Shown one piece after another: positions 35,874-47,967 of a DNA stretch of 64,000 bases (position 1 is the first letter of the stretch; every line of letters begins with the position of its first letter). This stretch comes from Felis catus (Eukaryota). The stretch lies in NCBI RefSeq assembly GCF_018350175.1, contig NC_058368.1, positions 224,752,001-224,816,000 on the forward strand, given 5' to 3'. The notes under the pieces were generated by a model that did not search any database, had not been told where the DNA came from, and saw nothing but the letters and a program-made list of their open reading frames with translations. The position numbers and the translations under genes were made by a program.

Positions 35874-36459
35874 TGTGGTAGGCAGAATGATGCCCTCCTA
35901 AAGATGTCCAGGTCTGAGTCCCAATCATCTCAGGGCTTCACAAGGCAAAAAAAGTTTTGCAGATATAATTAAGGCTATGGCCCTCAGGAAGGGAGAAGGG
36001 CCTGGATTATCTAGGTGGGCCCAACTTAATCAAATGAGTTCTTAAAGTAGAGAAATTTCTCCAACTGGAATGAAAGAGGTAAAGTAGGAGAGCTCTAAGA
36101 AATTCGGTGTATAGGGCCTGGACACACCATTGCTGGAGGGAAAACACATGGAAAAAATAAATGAAAATAGCCTCTAAGAGCAAAGACTGGTCCCTTGCAA
36201 ACAGGCAGTAAGGAAAAGGGACCTGAATTCGTCTGACAATGTGATTGAGCTTGGAAGTGGTTTCATCCCCAGAGACTCCAGAAAGAAACACAGACCTGCA
36301 AACCCCTCAATTTCTCCCTTAGGAGATTCTAAAGACTGGACCCAGATGAGCCATGCTATTTCAAGACTTCCGGTCTACAGAACTGAGAAATAATAAATGG
36401 TTATTTCGAGCCACTACGTTTGTGGTGATTTTTTATGGCAGTAATCGAAAACTAGTATA
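35874..36459 (+). mobile_element. MaLR solo LTR (MLT1D/E-like)
   Basis: tgtggtaggcagaatgatgccc...cctggattatctaggtgggccc...gcagtaatcgaaaactagtata. Confidence 0.85.
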
Positions 36460-36859
36460 GAACCAGGGAAATATTTCACACCTCTCAGCTTGGTAAGCAG
36501 GAGCGTAGACCAGACTGGCGTCTAGACTAGCAACTAGACTAAACTAGCGTAGACTAGAGTGGTCGCATAGGGCAGTCAGTATCTAGCTGGTGAGATTAAC
36601 ATGTGCATGTGCTTGGATCCAGAATTCTATTTCCAGATGTCTTTCCCAGAGACGAGTGTTCATGAAGACATGTATCAGAACGCTTTTTTTTAATTTCAAA
36701 GTAACTGTAAAGGTAACGAATGGACAAAAGCTCGATGACCACTCAGTAGGAGAATGGAAACATAAAAGGTTTATTCATTTAATGGAATTCAAGCCATTAT
36801 GCAACAGTTGTGATGGCTTTACGTCTCATTTAATTAAACTTATACAAAGGAAATAAAAA

Positions 36860-37060
36860 TAACACTTTGGAGTGCTTGTTCTGTAGAAGCCAGTGTTTTA
36901 AGCACTTGATATATATTAACGCTTTTAATCTTTATACTTCTTTGAAGTAGGGACTATAGTTATCGTAATTGAAAAGTAAGAAAACCAAGCCCCACGGAAA
37001 TTTAAGAAAATTTAATAAAGAAATTGAAATTTAATTGACCCAAGGTTATGAGGTCTCCAG
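36860..37060 (-). mobile_element. MIR
   Basis: gagtgcttg...tttaagcactt...ttttaatct...gaaaaccaagccccacggaaatttaag. Confidence 0.6.
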
Positions 37061-38045
37061 GTACGACCAGCTACAGTATAGTTTCTGTGAATGTTTTCAG
37101 TACTTTGAGCAGTATGTAAGGTGTGAGACCCTATGCAGAAGTGTTGAAGGCAAATAAGATTTGTCAGTGTTAGAACTTGAATTCTACCCCAAGTAATGAC
37201 TCCAGAACTCATGCCTTTAGCTACCATACTGCAATTGCTTCTGTACAGGGTTATTAAGCCCCTACTACTTTCCAGAAACCTTGTGAATACCCAACTGTCA
37301 CAGAGAATAGATGGGTAAGGGCTTCGCCATGTTGAAATCTGTAGTCTGGGGAAAGTAAATAGGCAGTTATAACACAAGGTGATGATGGTCAGAAGGGATG
37401 GACAATGTAAAAAGGCAATACAAGGGAGGGGACCCCAATTTAAACACAAGTAAAGGGACTGAGGAAGGCCTAAGACAAAATAACATTGAAAATAGTTTCA
37501 GGAAGAAGGCAGGTTCACAGCAGATGAAAAAAACAAAATGCATGGGTAGCACCCATTCTCAGAGAGATGGAAAGAGAGGGAATCATGAATACTAGCCCTG
37601 AAGGCGAGAAGGAAGTTTCATAGTCTCTTTCTCCCTTCTGGTTCATGTTCTTTATAGAATGCTTTATACACATATGTAGCCTTCAAATTCGTAAGTAAAA
37701 TCCCATCAGATCTGATGCTTGCCTACAGAAGTCACAGTGAATGGCATACAATGTCAGAAGATACTTGACAATCAAGAGGGTGTTTCTTGAAGACTTCAGA
37801 AAGCCCACAATCTCAAAGTTGGCCATCAACCAGGCTCATTTTTAGTATTATTAGAAATGTTGTCAACCAAACCTTATGGCTTTTCGCACCATTGGAGTTG
37901 AAGTCAGGTGTCCATATGTGAGGCAGGTAGGTAATTTTACAGAGGTCTTTTTTTTTCTAGTTCACAAGAAAGACAGCCTATGTGCAGAAGCATGAAGCAC
38001 TCATGATAAATAAGTAAGCTGGTAAATAAGACCTAAATAACGAGG

Positions 38046-38050
<5 letters not shown>

Positions 38051-38090
<40 letters not shown>
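38051..38090 (+). repeat. (AG)n microsatellite at the L1 5' junction
   Basis: About 20 AG units. Confidence 0.95.
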
Positions 38091-38092
<2 letters not shown>

Positions 38093-38280
38093 TAGAGTGG
38101 GAGAGAGCCAAAGCATAAGAGACTCTTAAAAACTGAGAACAAACTGAGGGCTGATGGGGGGTGGGAGGGAGGGGAGGGTGGGTGATGGGTATTGAGGAGG
38201 GCACCTTTTGGGATGAGCACTGGGTGTTGTATGGAAACCAATTTGACAATAAATGTCATATATTAAAAAAAAAAAAAAAA
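38086..38280 (+). mobile_element. Young feline L1 (L1_Fc-like) 3' end, heavily 5'-truncated
   Basis: gaggttagagtgggagagagccaaagcataagagactcttaaaaactgagaac...ggatgagcactgggtgttgtatggaaaccaatttgacaataaa plus pure A16 tail. Confidence 0.93.
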
Positions 38281-39377
38281 GAGGCCTGCTAGGCTCACTC
38301 TCAAATATATTCCTCAGCAAAAGCATTAAGGAATATAGATATTCAACAATATCACTCATGAAAAATGAAAGCCCCAAATATTAAACCTGGAAACGCCAAG
38401 AGACTATTGAACATTACTTTGGACTTTTAGAAGAAAACCGTCATGTTCTAAAAATAATGCCAAATAAAATATCTGCAAGTGTTTCACAAGAAAAGCAAGA
38501 GAAAATGAAGAACAAAACTTCACTTTTTCTAACTGTGGGAAATTAACTTTCTATTGTCTAGGAGAGGTGTTGGTGTTTAACAACATTTGAAAAACAATTA
38601 CACAAAATTACATCCCTCTCGTGTTACAAAACATATTTACAATACAAAAATCGACTTGCTTTTTGGGGGGGCTTTTTTAGGGTTTGTGTTTTTTAAAGAA
38701 TGGATGTCGGCAAAAGGCAATCTAGAATTTTAGGGCTGTGATTTTCTTCTATCGCCTAGCAACATGTGCAAATATAGATCTGCCGAAGCAAAATTAGTGA
38801 CCTTTCTTTACGCCTGCCTCTAATGTGTATAAAAGATCTTTGATTATTTCAGCACTACTCGTAAATCTGGAGGGCACTCTAGACACGGATGTTGTGTTGC
38901 TTTTAGTGCATATATGAAATGAGCCAATAAGCTTATCATCTTTGAGAAAGAAAAAAAAACAAAACAAAACAGTGGTTACATATTACAATTTAGCATCCCT
39001 AACAGTGCACTACTTGATATGCAAGGCAAATCTACAATATGAATTCTTAACCAAAAAAAAAAAAAGCATTAAAAAATTCTATTATACAATGAGAGTAAGT
39101 TAGTAAAGGGCTTACCCAGAAAAAACAAAACAAAAACAAAAACCAAAAACAGAGAGAAGTCTTGGTTGCAAGATGAATGATCTGGTAATTAGTTTTGTTT
39201 GGAAAGTCAACACAGTGATACAGAAGATTAACCCCCATGGGAGCCATTTAGCAGTTTCTGGTAAAGTTAAAGATATATGTAACCTACAACACAGAAAACG
39301 TAGCCCTAAGTACATATTCCAGAGCAACACTCATGACAGTGCACGAGGAAATATAGAAAAAAAGCTTTTGTAGCTGC

Positions 39378-39695
39378 TGAATTAGTTTTCTACTGCTGTG
39401 GCACAAATTAGCACACATGTAATGGCTTAAATTAACACAAATTGATTATCTTGATGTTTCCATGGGTCAGGAGCTGGGTGTTCTGCTCAGGGTCTCACAA
39501 GTCTGAAATCCTAGTGTTGGCCAAGGATGAAATCTCATCTTGGACTAGAGATCCTCTTTCTAAGCTCGTTTAGACTGTTGGTGGAAGAAACTTCTTTATG
39601 ACTCTAGGCCTGAGGACCTCAGCTCCTAGAGGTTGCCCTGCTCCATAGGTGGTTCACAACATGGGCATTTGCCTCTTTAAGGCCAGAAGAGTCAT

Positions 39696-39726
<31 letters not shown>

Positions 39727-40037
39727 GGGTTTTTTTTCTCCCCATGCTTTGTACATTTCCTTTAGTAAGGACCTGACCCCTTTTAGGGCGCTTACCTGAT
39801 TAGGCCAGGCCCACCCACTCCTATCGCCCTTTTGATCAAGTTGAAGTCAATTGATTTTCAACCTTAAGTTTATTTCAAAATTTCTTCGCTTTTGGCTTGC
39901 CATGTAACCTAAGCATAGGAGTGAAATGTCTGGAGTGAAAAGCATACTCTACCCACAATCACTGGTAGGGAGTCAGACAGGATGTGGACAACAGGGGTTG
40001 GAAATCTTGGGGGACATCTCAGATTTCTACCTACCAC
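39378..40037 (-). mobile_element. MaLR solo LTR (MLT1E-like)
   Basis: attagttttctactgctg...tggcttaaa...ctgctcagggtctcacaag...cacctgattaggccaggcccaccca-like motif...ttctacctaccac. Confidence 0.8.
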
Positions 40038-40814
40038 TCTGCTTTACTAAAAATAGGGGAAAACATGAGATCAACATGAGAACAAATTATAAATTGTGGT
40101 AGGTACAAACAACAGAATACTATTTAATACTGAAAATAAATGAAAAGAGTTATTTTTTGTCAACAAGGATGCATTCCGTAAAAGAAACTAACTGAAGATG
40201 GCAAGATACAGAAAACAAAATGAGACGAATTACGTAAAGTTTAAACTCATTGAAACCTGATAGTGCACTATTAGGAATATACGCATGGTAATGACAATCT
40301 CTAAACTCAGTGTCACCTCTGGGAAGAAAGAGTGGGATAAAAATCAAAAAGACTACAAACAGATCTCAACCTGTAGTTGTGGCTCTTGCCGCTTTACATT
40401 GGATGCTGGGTACAGTGGAATTTAGGACAGCATTTTGTATTAGCGTATTTGCTCACTAGATATGTTCTGTAAAAAATATGAAAAATAATGGAAGTAGCCA
40501 AGGAAACCTTTCATGATCTACATTTGTGACACTCAGAAAAAAACTCAATGGCTGCTTTCAGCTGTGTGATCTGAAACGCCGGGATTGCAATTTTTGTTGA
40601 TGATTGAGTCCTTTCCTCAAACAAACTGAACATAAAATTTGGAGATATAAACGCTTCAAATCACAGTCTGCGCAGTGGAGAGAGTTCACAGGAGAGGGGA
40701 CGAAGCTGGTGAATATCCCGGAATTCCACTTTTTTTTTTGCCACATCCGCAAACAGCATCTGAGCGTGCTATTCATAATCCCCGGTTTGCAAACCACTTT
40801 TCCGTAACTTCATC

Positions 40815-40970
40815 TATCACCTTACATATGTCTCCACTGTAGCATTAACCACGTATGAGAATTCGTTTCCACACGGTTGTCTGTCCTGTAGAACTCTGAG
40901 CACTTTTCTATTCATCTTTGGCCCTGTATCCCTGGCACATTTTGGGGGACCATGCCGGTGTCAATTAATT
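40815..40970 (+). mobile_element. L2 3' end fragment
   Basis: tgtctgtcctgtagaactctgagc...tattcatctttg...ccctggcaca. Confidence 0.5.
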
Positions 40971-42269
40971 TCTCTAATTGTGTTGCTGATAGCTTCTTAA
41001 TGAAATTGAAACTCGAGACACGTAATACACCTTAAAAGGCTCAAAAGGAAAAGAAGTAATACATTTTTTCCTAACATAATGTTCCTAACATGTTTGATCC
41101 ATGGCTGGGTGGGACCGGGAGGGGACGTGGTGATGTGAGAACTCAAAATGATGCTTGAAGGGAGGACTTTTAGTAAGTCTTGGCATTTGAATGTTCATTC
41201 AACTCAACTTCCGTCTGTTATGGCCCCTCCTTGGCCCCTGGCCGCTCACCTGCTTCTCTCCCAATTCAGCTCCTGTATATCAACTGATCCTGAGTCAGTT
41301 TCTCTCTTCCTTCCAGGGTTTGGTGCCACTGACGTCATCACCCTTCTCCCCCTCCAGTCTTCGATTCCATGAATTTCAAACATCTTCGTATATGTTATTC
41401 TCCTCTTAAAAAGGGAAGAAACACGAGAGGTGGTGTATTCAGACAAGAGCCACTCGGTTAACTTAAAAGACTTGAAGAACACTCTTCCACCATTATGATT
41501 ATTTCGGCATGCTGGATCTAAGAGCCAAGTCTGAGGAAGCACCAACATTTAGGGAAGAAGATTTTAAAAATTAGAAAAAAAAAAAAAAACAGCACAGATA
41601 TCTTTAAAACTGACACCAAAAAGTACACGTTCAAATGAATCAATGAAAGGAAAGCGTAGGTATATCCTGGCAACATAACGAAATACTGATAACAATCAAT
41701 AAAGATGAGGGCTTAGAAAACCTATTCTTTATTTCCGAATACTTAGTTATTCCTTCATCTATGCTTTCCTCCCAATTTGTTTGTCCCTGTATCATAGCAT
41801 TTATAACGTTGCCATTTGAATGGCAGGTGTTGTTTTCTTTCGTTTTCCCTGAGCTCGTGTCTCCTGGGACGGGTCTATACTAACATCAGTCTTCCAGCCT
41901 AGCAGCTCGGCTCTGAACCATGGCATGGGAGCAGAAGGGTTGGGGACCACTTCCAGATCACAGGCAAGGCCCTGCAGTGGCCCTGGAAATCTTTCTCCAT
42001 GCACATGACCAAGCCCAAGCGCCACATCCTAAAGGATGCTCAGTCCCCGACCAGATCACCAACCTGCCTGGGACTGTTCCTGGAGTCTGTGGGATTACAT
42101 CAGGTCAGCCTGTGCTGTCATTACAATAGATTCTAAAATACTTCCCTTTCCTCACTTCTCCTTTCTTTTTTCTGACTTTTCCTAATGGTTACTGTAAGTC
42201 AGGACATAAATATCAGAAGCATTTGGAAGCTAAAATTATAGAAACAATTTCAAAGGCTATCAGGAAAGA

Positions 42270-42410
42270 TGAGTATTTATGGAGTCAGGCATTATGCAGA
42301 AAACTTACATACGATGCAACACTCAAAACAACACCATCAAGTTGACATTCTCATCCCGATTTTAAGGGAAATAAAAAACAGACTCCAAGAACTTATGTCC
42401 TCAATGTCAC
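42270..42410 (-). mobile_element. MIR
   Basis: gagtatttatggagtcaggcattatgc...ctcatcccgattttaagggaa. Confidence 0.55.
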
Positions 42411-42413
42411 AGA

Positions 42414-42418
<5 letters not shown>

Positions 42419-42454
<36 letters not shown>
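42419..42454 (+). repeat. A36 homopolymer
   Basis: Uninterrupted A run. Confidence 0.97.
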
Positions 42455-42455
<1 letters not shown>

Positions 42456-43269
42456 AGTGGAAACGCTCTTCAGGGGAAGAAACGACTTTAAGATTCCAAA
42501 AAGCATTCACTTTTCCACCCTACAACACTTATCACCTTCTCCTAACAGCAGATGTTTGCAGGGAATTACACTCACTTACTGGCCTTTCACCTTACTAGGT
42601 GGCCTCACGGGATATCTCTGGAGTTCTCAAAATTAAAATCAGCCACTTTACATCCTTTGTGGGAGCAGCTCAATCACGATATCGACAAATAACTCTGAGT
42701 TATATTTGTTTTATCAAAGCTGAAAGATTTGTTTGAGGTCCACGGTATCTTTCCGAATCTGGAAATCAATCTATTCATTAGCTGTGGGTACCTGAGTAAT
42801 ATTTTCACCCTTTGGGAAGCAAAATCACCCACGCTTTCATCCCGATGACATTTCTTGTTTGTTGTTTTGGCCTCCCTCTAATAATCTTTCTTTGGATTCA
42901 TTTACCTGTTCTGAAAATGAAAATTCTGACGCTGGAAAAGCCCATCTACGCTTTCAGTAGACTTTCTTTCTCCTTTGCTCTCTTCCCTACCCTTATCCAA
43001 ATTCTGCCTCTAGACTTGAGATTGTCCTACTACAGTCTGGAGTCAGCCCTTCTTCCCTTCCCTAATCCACTTACAAGCCTCCACCTCAACTACCGACTAT
43101 TAAATTACTAACTGATAGATGCACCAAGTGTTCTTTATGTCTGGTTCTCACCACTAATTAAGCATGCCTTGCCCTTTTATGGTAAATGTAAACTTAGGTT
43201 CTCTGATACCTGCCTTTATTCTGAAGGTTTTCCATTACAGAACCAGCAAAGATTACAGATTTTGAAACC

Positions 43270-43470
43270 AGTGGATCTTCGGTCAACCAGATACACCAAT
43301 TACTGCCTGAGTGGCCTTGAACAAGTTAACTTCTCTGTGACTCAGCTTCCTCATCTGTAAAATGGTGTTATAGAATCATACTGACCTCAATATTTAGCAA
43401 GAATTAAATTGCTCAATTCATGTACAATCCTTAGAAGAGTACCTGGCATACAGTCACCACTAGTTGTTAG
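43270..43470 (+). mobile_element. MIR
   Basis: ccttgaacaagttaacttctctgtgactcagcttcctcatctgtaaaatgg core; cttagaagagtacctggcatacagt. Confidence 0.85.
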
Positions 43471-44598
43471 TGCATTAATTCTCTTTAACAACAGACTCCA
43501 GGGTCCTATTATTCCAGAGACATGCACCTTCTGGACCTCATATTCTCAGTTCATTTCTATGTTTGAAGCGATTATTTTCCGCCTGTTGTTTGCAGATTCT
43601 CCTCATTCTCCAATTTCTCTGTGATCCAATTTCTTCCAGAAAGAATAACCATATTATTCAATAGACATATCAGGAATACACAGAAGAATGAGAACTACAG
43701 TTTCCACCTCGGGAAGAGCAGTGTCCTTCTCCCACACCTGTCCTGTAACAGATCCCATGCAATTGATTTTGGTAGTTTTACCTGGGTTCCCACTTTCTGT
43801 CCAAACCAATATTACTAGAAGGGGAAGGCAGACAATTAATAGATAAGCATTTATCTCACCGTGTTGTCTCCTTCTAATTCCTAGAGGTTCATATTGCTAC
43901 CTGGGCCCAGCTGTCATGAGTTCTAATGACACAACTTTGCACTTGGTCTGCAGCAGAACTTAAAGGTGAGCTTCACGTTAATCTCAAGTTTAGTTCAACT
44001 GTTTGTTTTGTTGATATCTGCTTGGTTTATCTGGACATGCATACAAAATCTTAATGTTACCATATTCCGAGTCATTCAGAGATAATTTTTAAATTTCTTA
44101 TGCCTTCACAGAATTTTAAATACCCAGAAGCTAATTCGATATTTTATGACCCATAATTTTCAAAAAGGCACATTGAGCACATTCATTCCACACTAAAAAC
44201 AGAGTGTAAACACTATGAATTTACAGTAATTGACATCTTAGAGAAACTGAAACTGTCAAATACCTCCAATTATGATTTAACATGTAATATATAATTAGTA
44301 TTGCTGTTTTTTCCCCTAAAAAGGAGATATTCTTATGGTCCAGAATCACAACATGATGCTATTTTTTTTAATACTTTAAATCATGCTCCTGGTTATTCTG
44401 TGAGATTATTTTTCCCCATAATAAACAGTTTGTTACATAGCATGTATCATCAGTAGAAAATAACACTTTGGGATTTCTCATCACTTGGTTTCTTCAGAGT
44501 GTAGTTAAGCCTCATCAAATGAATATATTGTTGTTAATAGTAACAGATTTACATACCATAATCATTATAAGAACAGTCATCGAAATAATATGCTATGC

Positions 44599-44726
44599 TG
44601 TCTTGGTCTGTTTAGGTGGCTAAAACAAAAATACCATAGACTGGATGGCTTATAAAAAAACATAAATAAATATCTTGCAGTTTTGGATGTTGCAAAACCC
44701 AAGATCGAGGCACTGGTATATTTAGT
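44599..44726 (-). mobile_element. MaLR LTR fragment (MLT1A/MST-like)
   Basis: tgtcttggtctgttt...aaaataccatagactggatggcttataaa...ccaagatcgaggcactgg. Confidence 0.75.
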
Positions 44727-45253
44727 ATAACACATTTTAAATATGTACTTTCAATTCAAAGACGTAGATAGCTTGAAAATAAAATTATGGAAGATGTTGT
44801 ACCATGAAATTTTATTAAGAACAACAACAATACCAACAAAGGCCAGGTTAGCTATATTCATATCAGGCTAAATAAATTTACAACCCAGGGGTGTTACAAA
44901 AGGTAATAATTTTTAAAAAAGACCAAACTTTCAGTCAGGCATAACAACCTAAATGCGTATGGACCTTAATAGAACCTCTGAATTTATGAAGCAAAAAGTG
45001 ACAAATTCAAAAAACAAAAAGATAAAACTACAAAGTTGGATAATTTTAACACTCTTTCAATATAAAACATATAACTTTAATAGAAACATATAGAACCTTG
45101 TATCTCACACCTACAAAACACACACGTATTTTTCAAGGGAAAAAAGAACTTACCAAAATAGAATACATGACAAATAATTCCCAAATATTTGGAAATTAAG
45201 CCTAGCTCTTCTCAAAATTCATGGCTCACAGAATACATCAAGAAAAAAATTAA

Positions 45254-45432
45254 GGGGCGCCTGGGTGCCTCAGTAGGTTCTGGACATGATTTCATGGTTC
45301 ATGGGTTGGAGCTCACACTGGGTTCTGAGCTGACACCTCAGAGCCTGCTTGGGACTCTCTCTCTCTGTCCCTCCCCCCACTTGTGCACTCTCTCTCTCTC
45401 TCAAAATAAATAAATAAACTTTTTTTAAAAAA
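45254..45432 (+). mobile_element. SINEC with a short internal deletion
   Basis: ggggcgcctgggtgcctcagtaggtt...gagcctgcttgggactctct...aaataaataaac. Confidence 0.9.
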
Positions 45433-45518
45433 GAGGAAGAAAAGTAAAAATTAGGTTGAACTGAATGACAATGAGGTATATTGTATCCAAATTTGGGGGA
45501 GGTAAGTAGTATTTGAGA

Positions 45519-45710
45519 AAAGTTTTTAGCTTTAAATATATAAAGCTAAAAATTTTATATATATATTATATATGTATAATATATATATAAAACTTTATTA
45601 TATATATAATATATAATAAATATATAATATATATAATAAATATATATTATATATAATAAAGTTTTTAGCTTTAAATATATATATATTTATAATATATAAA
45701 TATATATAAC
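45519..45710. repeat. AT-rich nested palindrome bounded by a 24-bp direct repeat
   Basis: aaagtttttagctttaaatatata at 45519-45542 and 45658-45681. Confidence 0.9.
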
Positions 45711-46149
45711 AAAAGAAGAAAAGTTGAACTGAATGTTATATGTTTTAATCTCAAGAAACCTCAAAAATTTAGCAAGTTATCCCTAAGAACTTAGAAGAAA
45801 AAATAAATTAACAAGCAGAAATCAATGAAATATAGAGAAGACATAAAATAAATTAACAAAGCCAAATACTGTCTGTTTGAAATGATTAATAAACTGATAA
45901 ACTAGTAGCGAGATTAATCACAGAGGAAAAAAAGAAAACACAGAATGACAACATTAAAATTTAAAAAAGGGGATGTCACTAGAGATTCTTTATTGAAAAG
46001 ATAATAAGAGAATAGTATACACAAAAATTTATTTTAAAGTAATAGGGTAGTGAACCCATAAATTTAACAACTTACGTAGTATAGACAAATTTGTTTAAAA
46101 ACATGATTTACCAAGCTGGATATGGGAAGAAATACACATACATATGACT

Positions 46150-47750
46150 TTTTTTTTTCCTGCTCAAACATTTTAGAGTAAGAGCTAGAGACTGTGACAC
46201 CTAATCTCTAAATATTTAACAAGTATCTCCTAACCTGGGATGGTCTCCTACACAACTATCATAATATCATTCTAAGAAAATAAACACTGTTGAATAAATA
46301 GCATTGAATATTTTAGATAATATTACTTTAAAAATAACTACAAACAAGTTTCTTCATTTTTCCCCAAATTTAAGCTTTTTCCCTTTCTAAAAGCCAAACA
46401 AAAATTACAAGTTACATTGCTTCGCCTTCTTTATATTTCATGAGACTTCAATATTTTAAGGGGCTGAGCCATCTTTCTTGGAGAATATCACTCATTCTGG
46501 AATCTTTCTACATAAATTGACTCAGTTTAAATGTTTTTGGACTGTGATTACATAGGTGAAAATACTTGACATCACACTTCACTTTGTCTCACTCTAGGAG
46601 GCAAATATGGCAGCCAGTTATAATATCATGATGGCAAGTTTGATGACTTTTTTAAGATGGCACCTGCCAAATTTCTCTCTTGCAGAGGCCCCTTTCACTT
46701 TGTAATTATCATATAATCTGTAAAATGACATTTTCAGGTTTTTTGAGTATCCTATTCTCTATCAACTTTTCATCCAATGGTTTTATCATCCACTGGTGAG
46801 CCTTGCTTGAATCGATCAATACAAAAATGTTTGCAAGACGGTAATTTTTCTAAGACTATCCTTCCTTCTACATGTATAGCTAGCTTTCTCTTCTCCCCAC
46901 CTTCCCTCTTTGAGTAGCACACAGGATATGTGGATCTGTTGTTATTTGATGAGTTATAATTCAATACCATCATTATTCATGATGCTCAAATTAGATGCTC
47001 GGTGTGGAAACCCATTTAAACTAAATCTGTGTGCCTGTAATTTTGAATGTATGTCCATTATTCTTTGAATGTCTCTGGTTTTCTGATATGACAAGCTATC
47101 CCAGGCTCATCTCCTCATTTCTACATTCTGTTTTTGGAATCAGATATTCCTTTAAGGTGACTAGTTCCTGTTGGTGGGGCCAAATTTTTAGGGAAAAAAA
47201 AAAACACAATCTGCCCTACATAGGCTTATGTGGTTGCTGCTGTGGTTGTTGTTTACAGGCTCTTTCAATCATCAGATATAGGAATATATGGTTGTAAAAC
47301 TTACATGGTCACCTTGATATCTCTAACCAAAATCCAGCACCGCAGAGTTCTTCAACTTCACCAACTCTCTGCTTACACATCCTGCTTCCCCAGTAAAAAT
47401 CTTGATTTCAAACATCAAAATGTATATTCATTTTTCCCTTTCTGCCTCACACACAACCTTCTTTTGCAACTTGTGCATAAATAACCACCAACACCTCAAA
47501 CTTATAAGACTTCTTGGCAGTTCTTTTTATCCTCAGATTTTATAGCAATGAAGGTGTAATGGCGGAGTCCTGTGATCCAATGTACTGTATCGAGTTAATT
47601 TTCTGTGTGCTTATGTTATCTATTTGATATACTGCTAAGATGGATTTTATTGAATGAGAGACAAATAATCTTCCATTTTTTACGGTCAGTATCGTTTGGG
47701 GGCTTTCTCAAAACTAAACTGAATTCTGAAGAGTTCCCACTAGTTCTAGA
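46150..47750 (-). mobile_element. Ancient L1 3' region (L1MC-like)
   Basis: ctctaaatatttaacaagtatctcctaa...ttctgatatgacaagctatcccaggctcatct...ggaatcagatattcc motifs. Confidence 0.6.
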
Positions 47751-47920
47751 GTACGTCAAATAATTACACAGCTTATACAATTTATAGTTATACAGCTTAT
47801 ATAATTTAACTGTCATAAACAACATGAAGTGACATTTTTACTTCTGTTTTCCTGCGAATTAGCTAACCAAATCTGTTTTTATGTATCTTCTTTATTTCAC
47901 AAAGCTCTCAGAGGAAATAG

Positions 47921-47923
<3 letters not shown>

Positions 47924-47966
<43 letters not shown>
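47924..47966 (+). repeat. (TG)21 microsatellite
   Basis: Pure tg run. Confidence 0.97.

Positions 47967-47967
<1 letters not shown>

Larger units (their letters stand above)
33800..36800 (+). mobile_element. Ancient L1 (L1M/L1ME-like) ORF2 to 3' UTR remnant interrupted by two MaLR LTRs
   Basis: agccaatttcacttacgaacaaagatgc, tttgaccacatcaaaat, tgctcactctcagtaataatcagcaaaatgcaaattaaaa. Confidence 0.75.
44735..46130 (+). mobile_element. Old L1 ORF2 (endonuclease-proximal) remnant
   Basis: caaagacgtagatagcttgaaaataaaa...gttagctatattcatatcag...gcagaaatcaatgaaata...tgtttgaaatgattaataaactgataaa. Confidence 0.75.
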
